From Deltaproteobacteria bacterium (GTDB lineage: Bacteria; Desulfobacterota; Binatia; UBA1149; CAYXZP01), in assembly GCA_046583365.1 (NCBI GenBank), contig JAYGCL010000079.1:17508-81507 (forward strand): 64,000 nt of DNA, given 5' to 3'. The notes beneath the pieces are model-generated. The model was given only the letters and a program-made list of their open reading frames with translations. It was not told the origin of the DNA and made no database searches. Positions 31,508 to 39,909 of this stretch are shown here, piece by piece; positions within the stretch are counted from its first letter, which is position 1; each line of letters begins with the position of its first letter. Position numbers and translations under genes: made by a program.

Positions 31508-32797
31508 CTAGAAGATGTAGCCGGCTCCCAGACGGACCTCGTCGGAGGGGTCGGCGCCGCTTTTGTCGCTCCAGTCACGGTAGTCGAGTTTCACGACTAC
31601 ATTGGGAATCGGCTTGTAGGTCAGGCCCACTTCGACCACAGAGCGGTCTTTGTCCTTGTTGGCCGTGTAGCCGGTGGGTACAGTGGCCTGGCTGTCCAGC
31701 GTGGAATAGCGGACCCAGGGGGCCAGGTACTGGCCGCTGTCGGCGGCCAGCAGGGGCATGACGTCGTAGGCCGCCTCCAGGTACCAACCGGTCATCTTCT
31801 CGGCCACCGACTTGCCGGTGTCGTCTTTGTATTTGGCCCGGCTCAAAATGTCGGCGTCGTCCAGGTCTACCGATATGCCCAGGGCTCTGAGCTCCAGGCC
31901 TTTGGACTTCCACTGGATGTGGCCTTCAAACATTTCCATCTTTGCATCCGGGCTGCCCAGGGCGCTGCCATTGTCGGCATCCGTCAGGGCTACGTCCTGG
32001 CCCTGGTCGCCCAGGTAGGCCGAGCCGCCAAGGCTCAGACCGGGGACCGGGGTGTAGTCGATGCGGGTTACCCAGGACCAGTCGTTGGACTTTTCCTTGG
32101 AGCCTTTCTGCCGTCCGCTACGGAGGTTGCTCTCGCTGAACTCGCTGCCCAGCAGGCTTGTCACCAGGTAGGAGCGGTAGCTGAGGCCGGCAAAGGGTTG
32201 GCCGAACAGCCCCACACCGTTGGCCTGCCAGGTGGACGGGATTAACTGTCTCTCCACCGTCGGCCTCATATTGCCGTGGTAGAAAGGCGGTTCGTGCATC
32301 TCGTTGATGAAACCGACCGGAACCAGCATAAGGCCGGCGCGGGCGTTTACGGCTTCGTTAAACATAAAATCCAGGTAGGCGAATTCCACCGACACCGTGC
32401 CGTTGTCGTCGGTGGCGTGCTCGAATTCGATTTCGCTGTTCATGATGATCCAGTCGTTAAATTTGTAACCGAAGTACAGGACAAAACGGTAGAAGTCGGT
32501 TATGTCGTCTTCGCCGGCATCCTCGTAGTTGGCGTAGTTGAACTCGCCGTAGCCGCCTATCGAGAGGCCCCGCTCTTTTGAGTAGACCTTGGATGCGGCC
32601 GGACCCATCCCGTAGGCGCTCTTGAGTTCCCTGGTTTCCGGCAGGACCTGGGCTTCTTTGAGGGTTGCCAACTCTCCGGCCAACACGTCGATGCGGCGTT
32701 CAAGCTCGTCGATTTTGCCGGCGCCGCTGGCCGCCGCCGGCCCGGCCAGCAAGGCCACGAGCAGGGCCAGGGCCAGGGCTTTGTTGTAAGCGTTCAT
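31508..32797 (-). CDS. Outer-membrane beta-barrel porin with N-terminal coiled-coil segment
   Basis: Signal peptide and a heptad-like ELERRIDVLAGELATLKEAQ. Alternating amphipathic strands, and a C-terminal ...GAGYIF aromatic terminus typical of OM barrels. Confidence 0.55.
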   Translation of the reverse strand: MNAYNKALALALLVALLAGPAAASGAGKIDELERRIDVLAGELATLKEAQVLPETRELKSAYGMGPAASKVYSKERGLSIGGYGEFNYANYEDAGEDDITDFYRFVLYFGYKFNDWIIMNSEIEFEHATDDNGTVSVEFAYLDFMFNEAVNARAGLMLVPVGFINEMHEPPFYHGNMRPTVERQLIPSTWQANGVGLFGQPFAGLSYRSYLVTSLLGSEFSESNLRSGRQKGSKEKSNDWSWVTRIDYTPVPGLSLGGSAYLGDQGQDVALTDADNGSALGSPDAKMEMFEGHIQWKSKGLELRALGISVDLDDADILSRAKYKDDTGKSVAEKMTGWYLEAAYDVMPLLAADSGQYLAPWVRYSTLDSQATVPTGYTANKDKDRSVVEVGLTYKPIPNVVVKLDYRDWSDKSGADPSDEVRLGAGYIF

Positions 32798-32833
32798 GCG
32801 TAAGGTTCTCCGTGGGTAGTTCCAGTCTTAGTT

Positions 32834-32855
32834 GATTTTGATTATGATTATCAAT
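32834..32855. promoter_or_regulatory. Fur-box-like hexamer repeat GATTTTGATTATGATTATCAAT in the porin/exbB divergent promoter
   Basis: Seen in the sequence. It is the reverse-complement form of the (GATAAT)n arrangement of the Fur consensus GATAATGATAATCATTATC, inside an AT-rich island between two divergently transcribed operons. Confidence 0.35.
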
Positions 32856-32949
32856 TTCGGTTACTGAGTCAATAAGGCTCCTCCCTCCCCTCCTTCCAGC
32901 CCCCTGTCCGGCTTGCATTGGAGCCGTGGCACGGAGTTTATAGCCGCCT

Positions 32950-33630
32950 GTGGGAGTGACGGAATTTTTCGACCAGTCAGGCCCTCTGGGCCTCGTTTTA
33001 CTGCTGCTGTCGGTGCTGGCCCTGGCCATCATCATTACCAAGACCCGTCATTTCGTCCGCCTGAGAGTGAGAAATCTGGCCTTTGGCGACCAGGCGCTTG
33101 CAGCTCTGGCCGGCGGCGACATTGACGGGGCCCGGACCCTCATGGCCGCCAGTCCCAACCCGGTTGCCCGGGTGATGGAGGCACTGGTGGAACACTACGC
33201 CACCGACGGCCAGGCCCTGGCGGGGGGAGACGCCGAAGTTGAGCGTCGGGGCGAGGCCGAACTGCGAGAGATGGAAACCTGGCTGCGTCCCCTGGCCACG
33301 GTTGCCCACCTGAGCCCGTTGGTGGGATTGCTGGGTACCGTGTTCGGCATGATCCGGGCCTTCATGGCCATAGAGGCGGCCGGCTCCCGTGTTGACCCCG
33401 GCCTGCTCGCCGGCGGCATCTGGGAGGCCCTGCTGACGACGGCTTTCGGCCTGGCCATTGCTATTCCCTCTCTGGCCGCCTTTCACTTCTTTGAGGGTGA
33501 GATAGAGCGGGTCCGTGCCGCCATGAAAGATGTAACGGTAAGACTCATGGCTGCCTGTGGGGTCGAACCTGCAAGTTCGGCTGCTTTTGCGACCCTGCCG
33601 GCGGCCGAACGTGAAGACTATGCGGTTTGA
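32950..33630 (+). CDS. exbB: MotA/TolQ/ExbB proton channel protein
   Basis: 3-TM topology with the conserved LGLLGTVFGMIRAF...AFGLAIAIP. Confidence 0.8.
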   Translation: MGVTEFFDQSGPLGLVLLLLSVLALAIIITKTRHFVRLRVRNLAFGDQALAALAGGDIDGARTLMAASPNPVARVMEALVEHYATDGQALAGGDAEVERRGEAELREMETWLRPLATVAHLSPLVGLLGTVFGMIRAFMAIEAAGSRVDPGLLAGGIWEALLTTAFGLAIAIPSLAAFHFFEGEIERVRAAMKDVTVRLMAACGVEPASSAAFATLPAAEREDYAV

Positions 33631-34018
33631 ACGCCGCGCCACCCCGGTTGCGCGGCTCAGTCTGGCTCCCCTGATAGACGTTGTTTTTCTATTGCTGATT
33701 TTTTTCATGTTGACCAGCAGCTTTCTGGAAACCCAGGCCATCGAATTTGACTTGCCCGCCTCGGCCACTGCCGAGGCGACCCGGCCGACGGACCTGGTGG
33801 TCTCGGTCAGCCGTGGGGGGGGATTTGGAATTGACGGTCGGCTTCTGGAGACCCCGGCCTTCAAAAAAGAGTTGGCCGCGCGCCTCGGCAGCAATGGTCC
33901 TGGCGTGCTCGTTCTAAGCGACCGCGATGTCAGTGTTGAGAGGGTGGTTGCCGTCATGGATATGGTCCGTCAGGCCGGTGGCCGGGAGGTTTCCCTGGCC
34001 ACCCGTCCAGCCAACTGA
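33620..34018 (+). CDS. exbD: Biopolymer transport protein ExbD/TolR
   Basis: LAPLIDVVFLLLIFFM TM helix with the conserved Asp, plus a periplasmic domain. Start moved to MRFERR. Confidence 0.8.
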   Translation: MRFERRATPVARLSLAPLIDVVFLLLIFFMLTSSFLETQAIEFDLPASATAEATRPTDLVVSVSRGGGFGIDGRLLETPAFKKELAARLGSNGPGVLVLSDRDVSVERVVAVMDMVRQAGGREVSLATRPAN

Positions 34019-34022
34019 ACCC

Positions 34023-34631
34023 ATGGCGCCCCCACGGCCGAGCTTTGCCCTTTCCCTGGCCCTGGCTGTAGCCGTTCATGTGGGGGCCTTTGCCTTTCTC
34101 ACCCCCGGCCCGAGCGACCTGCCGGCCTACCGGCCCAGCCCTCCGGTCGTTTTGAGAGGGGAACTTTCCCCCCGCGATTCGGCACCACCCCACCCCGACC
34201 CTGACCCTGCCAGCCTCGGGCAAAGCCAACCGCAGCGGGGCCGCGCCCGTACTACGGCGGCACAGGTGGCGGTGGCCCCGATGGCGGCGGTCCGCGAGCA
34301 CGGCTCCGGCGATGAGGCCCTCATCGGCTACCAGTCTCTGCTGGCAGCCTGGTTGGAACGTTACAAACGCTACCCCGCAGCTGCCCTGCGCCGCCGTATA
34401 GAGGGCCGGGGTCTGTTGCAGGTGAGCATAGACGGCCGCGGTAACCTTCGCAGCAGCCGCCTGCTCGAGGGGCTGTCCTCGCCTATTCTTGACCAGGCCG
34501 TCCTCGACCTGGCCCGCCGTGCTTCCCCCTTTCCACCCCCGCCGGCCGGGGATGGTCATTACGAGTTTACGGTGCCGGTTGAGTTTCGACTGGGCCGCTC
34601 TTTGCCGTCCCCGCCGCTTTCGTCGCGGTAG
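34023..34631 (+). CDS. tonB: TonB-family energy transducer
   Basis: N-terminal TM helix, Pro-rich spacer, and a TonB_C domain (YPAAALRRRIEGRGLLQVSIDGRGNL...LDQAVLDLA). Start moved to MAPPRPSF. Confidence 0.6.
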   Translation: MAPPRPSFALSLALAVAVHVGAFAFLTPGPSDLPAYRPSPPVVLRGELSPRDSAPPHPDPDPASLGQSQPQRGRARTTAAQVAVAPMAAVREHGSGDEALIGYQSLLAAWLERYKRYPAAALRRRIEGRGLLQVSIDGRGNLRSSRLLEGLSSPILDQAVLDLARRASPFPPPPAGDGHYEFTVPVEFRLGRSLPSPPLSSR

Positions 34632-35860
34632 GCTGAGGCCAGCAACTCTATGGGGTGGGTCACCTCGATGGCAAGGCCCTGGAGGGCAAAGGCCCTTTCC
34701 AATTGCAGCAGACAGCCGAGGTTGGCCACGGCCACGCTGCCGGCATCCTTGCCTTCGGCAAGACGGGCCTTGTCGGCTCCCAGACGTTCGGCCATGGCCG
34801 GGTGGTCGAGGTTATAACTGCCCGCGCTGCCACAACAGATCTGGTTGTCGCCCAGATCTTCCACCGCGCTCCCGGTTGCGGCCTCGACCAGGGCCCGTGG
34901 TGCCTGGCTTATCCCCTGGGCGTGTACGAGGTGACAGGCGTCGTGGTAGAGAACCGGCCCGTTGGTGTTGGCCAGGGGCCGGGGACGTTCGAAACCTTCT
35001 TCGAACAACAGTTCGCAAATGTCACGGGTCCTGGCCGACAGCGCCGCTGCTGCCGCCGAGAGTCCATCGTCAGGGTCATCGGCAAACAAGCGGTCGTAGT
35101 CCTTGAGCATGGCCCCACAGCCGGCGCTGGTACTGACAACGAAGTCGGCACCGCCCAGAACCTCGATGTTTTTGCGGGCCAGGGCTCGGGCTTCTTTTTT
35201 ACGGCCACCGTGAAGGGCCAGGGCCCCACAGCAGCCCTGGGCGGGAACTTCCAGGACATCAAAGCCGTTGCGGCGCAGTACCTCGACGGCCGCCTGGTTC
35301 GTCTGGGGGCGCAGCAGGGGGGCCACACAGCCCTCAAGCAAAACCACACGGGGGCGCTTGGCAGCCGTAGCCACAGGCCGGGCCGGCAGGGTTGGGGCCA
35401 GGTCGTTGCCGTTACGGGGCATCAGCGACAGCCCGGGCAGACGGCGGCGCAGGTGGCCCAGCCCCATGCGGTCCAGAGCGCGGGCCGTGGCCAGGGCCGC
35501 GGCCATGAGGGGGCGGTTGGTTGTTAGCACCAACACCAGGGTCTTCCATAGAGCCTTAAGAGGTCGGTGCCGGGGAGCGCTTATGAGGGGGCGGAAAGTT
35601 TCAATCCGCCGGCCGAAGTCCACTCCCGAAGGGCAGGCACTCTCGCAGGCCAGGCAACCGAGGCAGCCGTCGAGGTGGGCGGCCGCTTCATCATCGAGGG
35701 ACAACTGGCCGGCGGTGATCGCTTCCATCAGGTAGATGCGTCCCCGTGGCGAGTCGGCCTCGGTGCCCAGCTGTCTGTATGTGGGACAGTGGTCGAGGCA
35801 GAGTCCGCAGTGGACACAGGGCAGGCCGATGTCGGCCGGGTTGTCGATGGCCGGGTTCAC
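34559..35860 (-). CDS. glcF: Glycolate oxidase iron-sulfur subunit
   Basis: Two 4Fe-4S ferredoxin motifs (CVHCGLCLDHCP, CLGCLACESACP) and two CCG cysteine-rich domains. Confidence 0.8.
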   Translation of the reverse strand: MNPAIDNPADIGLPCVHCGLCLDHCPTYRQLGTEADSPRGRIYLMEAITAGQLSLDDEAAAHLDGCLGCLACESACPSGVDFGRRIETFRPLISAPRHRPLKALWKTLVLVLTTNRPLMAAALATARALDRMGLGHLRRRLPGLSLMPRNGNDLAPTLPARPVATAAKRPRVVLLEGCVAPLLRPQTNQAAVEVLRRNGFDVLEVPAQGCCGALALHGGRKKEARALARKNIEVLGGADFVVSTSAGCGAMLKDYDRLFADDPDDGLSAAAAALSARTRDICELLFEEGFERPRPLANTNGPVLYHDACHLVHAQGISQAPRALVEAATGSAVEDLGDNQICCGSAGSYNLDHPAMAERLGADKARLAEGKDAGSVAVANLGCLLQLERAFALQGLAIEVTHPIELLASAYRDESGGDGKERPSRNSTGTVNS

Positions 35861-37104
35861 AGTCCCCCTACAAACCTTCCCGGCGAGAGCACCCGGTCGG
35901 GGTCGAAACGCTCCTTGATGCGTTTCATAAGTTCAAAACCCTGGGGCCGTTGGTCCCACACCTGCAGCCCCTCCTTGACCTCGGCCGTGGCTCTTAGGAC
36001 CACCGCGCCGGTGGCAAAGCCGGTGGCAAGCCGGCGCAGGCCGTCGACAAGGTCGGCCGCGGCCTGGGTGTCGGTTGTCGAGATGCACAGCAAACCGCTG
36101 CCCAGATGTCCGCTTACCCTGAGGCCGCCCGGACTGTGGTGGCTTAAATGGTCAAGGACTTTGGCAGCAAAGGCCAGGGCCTGGGCCGGTTTCAAGGCGA
36201 CCTCTACGGCCAGGGTTTCCTCATCCATGGGGTGGACGGGAGAATGCCAGGGCTCGGTGGAAACAGAGACCTGGCGGCGACACAGGGAAGTGATGCCTTC
36301 GATCTGGTAATCGACCTCACTGCGGGTGCCTTCGACGCAGGCCAGCAGGGTCCAGGGCGTTTGCTGGGGGGTAACGGTAAAGTCCAGTGCGGCCAGGGGC
36401 AGTGATGAGGCGAAAACAGCCCGCCTGGCCTCTCCCAGTTCTTTGTCGCTGGGGAATTCACACACCACCGTGGCCCGGGTATGGGCCAGGGGGTGGGTGC
36501 GCAGGGTGACCTCGGTTATGACGGCGAGGGTACCCAGGGAACCGCAAAAAAGCCGCGGCAGGTCGTAGCCGGAAACGTTTTTTACAACCTTGCCCCCGCA
36601 GGCAAAATAGCGGCCGCTCCCGTCGACCACCCTCAACCCCAACACCATGTCGCGGCAGGCTCCAAAGCCGTAGGCCAGACCGCCACTGGCGCCCGTTGCC
36701 ACCAGGCCACCCAGGGTCGCACGTTCGGGGTGGGCCGGGTCCAGGGCCACCCTCTGACCGGTCTGTTCCAGGCTGCGGTTGAGACGGGCCAGGTTGACAC
36801 CGGCGCCTGCCGTCACCGTCAGGTCCTCGCTGCGTTGTTCGATGATATCGGCCATGCCGGTGGTTTGCAGACGCAGGTCGAAGGCTTCTGGTATCGCACC
36901 CGCACCGAGCTGGCTGCCCCCGCCGGTGGTAACAATGGCCAGGCGGTTTTCCCGGGCCGCCTGCACCACGGTAAGGACGTCTTCAAAAGTGCGGGCCGTG
37001 ATCACGTGGCCGGGGGTAATGCCGTCTATAGAGTCCTCGCTGCGTCCGCTGCGGGCCTGGCCGGGACCAAACGAAGCGGTTACGGCCGCTATGTCGTGGT
37101 CCAT
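35857..37104 (-). CDS. glcE: Glycolate oxidase FAD-binding subunit
   Basis: FAD_binding_4 domain. Translationally coupled between glcD and glcF. Confidence 0.75.
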   Translation of the reverse strand: MDHDIAAVTASFGPGQARSGRSEDSIDGITPGHVITARTFEDVLTVVQAARENRLAIVTTGGGSQLGAGAIPEAFDLRLQTTGMADIIEQRSEDLTVTAGAGVNLARLNRSLEQTGQRVALDPAHPERATLGGLVATGASGGLAYGFGACRDMVLGLRVVDGSGRYFACGGKVVKNVSGYDLPRLFCGSLGTLAVITEVTLRTHPLAHTRATVVCEFPSDKELGEARRAVFASSLPLAALDFTVTPQQTPWTLLACVEGTRSEVDYQIEGITSLCRRQVSVSTEPWHSPVHPMDEETLAVEVALKPAQALAFAAKVLDHLSHHSPGGLRVSGHLGSGLLCISTTDTQAAADLVDGLRRLATGFATGAVVLRATAEVKEGLQVWDQRPQGFELMKRIKERFDPDRVLSPGRFVGGL

Positions 37105-37107
37105 GCT

Positions 37108-38559
37108 CTAACCCCCTCCCCGCGGTCGTGGGCGCGTGACTTCCACACAAACACGGTTGTCGGGGAACACCTTGCCGGGGTTACAACGGCCGTCGGGGTT
37201 GAAGGCCTCTTTGACATCGGCCATAGCCTCGATGGCCTCATTGCTGAATGCCGCCGGCATGAGGTCGATCTTTTCAATGCCGATGCCGTGCTCGCCGGTT
37301 ACCGAGCCACCAAGTTCGAGACAGGCCTCGAGGATTTCCCTTCCGGCCGCCAGTACTCTTTTTATCTCTTCATCGTTCTTGTCGTCGTACAAAACCAGGG
37401 GGTGAATATTGCCATCCCCGGCGTGGGCCAGGGTTGCAATCTTCAAAGAGTATTTATCGGCCACCTGGGCAATTTTTTCGACGATGTCAGCCATGCGTGA
37501 ACGGGGTACCACCCCGTCCTGAGTACAATAGCTCGGGGCTAGGCGTCCCATCGCGCCGAAGGCCCGCTTGCGCGACTTCCACAGCAGTTGTCTTTCTTTC
37601 TCGTCGGCCATTCGTCTTACCTGGCTGGCACCGGCCCGGTGGCAGGCTTCTATTATACGGTCGCCGGCCTCGTCGAGACCGGCTTTGAGACCGTCGAGTT
37701 CGATGATCAGGACCGCGCCGGCCTCGCGGGGGAAACCAAAATGGTAGGCCTCCTCGACCGCCTCTATGACCATGGCGTCCATCATTTCCAGGGCCGCAGG
37801 AATGATACCGGCCGCGATGATGGCAGAAACAGCCCGGCTGGCTTCGACGACGGAGGGGAAAACGGCCAGCAGGGTGGACACCCCTTCGGGTTTTACCAGC
37901 AACCTCAAGGTGGCGGCCGTTATGATGCCGAAGGTACCCTCCGAACCCGTGGCCAGACCGGCCAGGTCGTAGCCCGTCCCGGTGGCCCCGCCGGCAGAAG
38001 CGGCGGCGGCGGGGCGGGTGAGGTTGACAACTTCGCCGTTGGCCAGAACCATTTCTATGGCCAGCAGATGGTTTACCGTCACCCCGTATTTCAAGGTATG
38101 GGGCCCCCCCGAGTTTTCTGCAATGTTGCCGCCTATCGTGCAGGCCGACTGGCTGGAAGGGTCGGGGGCATAATAGAGTCCGTGGGCAGAGACCTGGCGG
38201 CTCACTTCGAGGTTTACCACTCCGGCTTCAACTTCCACCGTGCGGTTTTCGACGTCGATCGAGCGGACCCGCTTCATGCGGCTGGTGCCTATCATCACCG
38301 GAATTTCCAGGGGCAGGCAGCCCCCCGAAACTCCGGTGCCGGCCCCGCGGGGGACAAAGGGCAAGTCGGCCTGGGCCAGTATGGCGAGTACGCGGCTCAC
38401 CTGTTGGGTAGAGTCCGGCAACAGCACCAGTTCGGGGCGGGCCCGCTCGAGCGTGTAGCCGTCGCACTCGTAGACCTTAAGAGCGGCCTGGCCGGTGACA
38501 AATCCCTCGCTGCCGACCACGTGTTTGAGGCGGCGTTTTATTCTTCCACTGAGAGGCAA
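37108..38559 (-). CDS. glcD: Glycolate oxidase subunit GlcD (FAD-linked oxidase)
   Basis: FAD_binding_4 domain, and the C-terminal HAGDGNIHPL motif typical of GlcD/D-lactate dehydrogenases. Confidence 0.85.
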   Translation of the reverse strand: MPLSGRIKRRLKHVVGSEGFVTGQAALKVYECDGYTLERARPELVLLPDSTQQVSRVLAILAQADLPFVPRGAGTGVSGGCLPLEIPVMIGTSRMKRVRSIDVENRTVEVEAGVVNLEVSRQVSAHGLYYAPDPSSQSACTIGGNIAENSGGPHTLKYGVTVNHLLAIEMVLANGEVVNLTRPAAAASAGGATGTGYDLAGLATGSEGTFGIITAATLRLLVKPEGVSTLLAVFPSVVEASRAVSAIIAAGIIPAALEMMDAMVIEAVEEAYHFGFPREAGAVLIIELDGLKAGLDEAGDRIIEACHRAGASQVRRMADEKERQLLWKSRKRAFGAMGRLAPSYCTQDGVVPRSRMADIVEKIAQVADKYSLKIATLAHAGDGNIHPLVLYDDKNDEEIKRVLAAGREILEACLELGGSVTGEHGIGIEKIDLMPAAFSNEAIEAMADVKEAFNPDGRCNPGKVFPDNRVCVEVTRPRPRGGG

Positions 38560-38653
38560 CGCCCCAAAGTATCATAGCTGGTGGCCCGAGGTGTCCCTGC
38601 GTAGGGTGGGAGATTGTTGTTTTTCCCGTTTCCAGGCCTTATTCACCCGCGCC

Positions 38654-39775
38654 ATGGATGTGGGCAAAAAAAGCAACGCTCTCCCCGAACGACTTTTGCT
38701 GGGGCCTGGCCCCTCGATGGTCCACCCCCGAGTACTGGCGGCCATGGCCCAGCCTCTGGTCGGCCACCTCGACCCCGTCTTTCTGGAAATCCTCGACGGT
38801 GTGCAGGAATCCCTCAGGGGACTGTTCAAAACCACCAATCCCATGACCCTGCCGATTTCGGGTACCGGGTCGGCCGGTATGGAGGCCTGCTTTGTCAACC
38901 TGGTCGAAGAGGGTGACGAGGTCGTGGTTGGTGTCAACGGGGTTTTCGGCACGCGTATGGCCGAGGTGGCAGAGCGTCTTGGAGCCCGCGTCACAAAAAT
39001 AGAAGCCGAGTGGGGACGGGTCATAGAGACAGAGAAAGTCGTCGAGGCGTTGTCGGCCTGTCGCCGCCCGGTCCTGCTGGCCCTGGTCCATGCCGAAACC
39101 TCGACCGGGGCCTGGCAGCCCCTGGAGGGTCTGGCCCGGCTGGCCCACGATGCCGGTGCTCTCTTTATGGTCGATGCCGTCACCTCTCTGGGCGGTTGTC
39201 CGGTGGAGGTAGACGGCTGGGGCATCGACGCCTGTTACAGTGGCACTCAAAAGTGCCTGAGCTGTCCACCTGGACTTTCTCCGGTGACGTTCAGTCCGCG
39301 GGCCATGGAGAAGGTCGCCGGGCGCAGGTCCAAACCGAGAAGTTGGTACCTCGACCTTGGCCTGATCGGCGGCTACTTCAGCGAGCAGCGGGTTTACCAC
39401 CATACGGCTCCGGTCTCGATGATCTATGCCCTGGCCGAAGCACTGGCCCTTGTCGAAGAGGAGGGTCTCGACCACCGTTTTGCCCGCCACAAACGCAACC
39501 ACGAGCTGTTACTCGAAAAAGTCGCCGGCCTTGGCCTGGTTGCGGCCGCCGAGCAGGGCCACCGTCTGTGGATGCTCAACAGCCTGCGCATTCCCGAGGG
39601 CATAGATGAGGCCGGCGTCCGTTCCCGCCTGCTCTCAAGGCATGGAATTGAGATAGGCCCCGGCCTGGGACCCCTGGCCGGCAAGATCTGGCGGGTGGGG
39701 CTGATGGGAGAATCCAGCCGTGCCGGCAACGTAGAGCGTCTGGTCGGCGCTCTGACCGAAGAGTTGGCACACTGA
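38654..39775 (+). CDS. Class-V aminotransferase (alanine-glyoxylate/serine-pyruvate aminotransferase)
   Basis: PLP lysine in SGTQKCL, and the GPGPS N-terminal motif. Start moved to MDVGKK at 38654. Divergent from glcDEF. Confidence 0.8.
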   Translation: MDVGKKSNALPERLLLGPGPSMVHPRVLAAMAQPLVGHLDPVFLEILDGVQESLRGLFKTTNPMTLPISGTGSAGMEACFVNLVEEGDEVVVGVNGVFGTRMAEVAERLGARVTKIEAEWGRVIETEKVVEALSACRRPVLLALVHAETSTGAWQPLEGLARLAHDAGALFMVDAVTSLGGCPVEVDGWGIDACYSGTQKCLSCPPGLSPVTFSPRAMEKVAGRRSKPRSWYLDLGLIGGYFSEQRVYHHTAPVSMIYALAEALALVEEEGLDHRFARHKRNHELLLEKVAGLGLVAAAEQGHRLWMLNSLRIPEGIDEAGVRSRLLSRHGIEIGPGLGPLAGKIWRVGLMGESSRAGNVERLVGALTEELAH

Positions 39776-39909
39776 GCGGCGAGGCCGGGTCACTTGCGCA
39801 CCGTTGTTGTTGACTCCGGCAAGGCCGGACTCACAATGACCGCCTCATTCCTTGACGGTGGGGTCGACGGTAAGCGGTGGTGGAGCGTGCAGGGGACTTA
39901 ACCCACTTT

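Noticed and set aside
32950-34631. Alternative naming of the exbB-exbD-tonB trio as tolQ-tolR-tolA
   Set aside because: The third gene has a TonB_C-like C-terminus and a Pro-rich spacer, no tolB-pal follows, and the Fur-box-like site fits a TonB system. TolQRA is not fully excluded without phylogeny.
36481-38577. 339-aa and 329-aa plus-strand ORFs
   Set aside because: Antisense to glcE and glcD.
38639-39502. 287-aa minus-strand ORF
   Set aside because: Antisense to the class-V aminotransferase.
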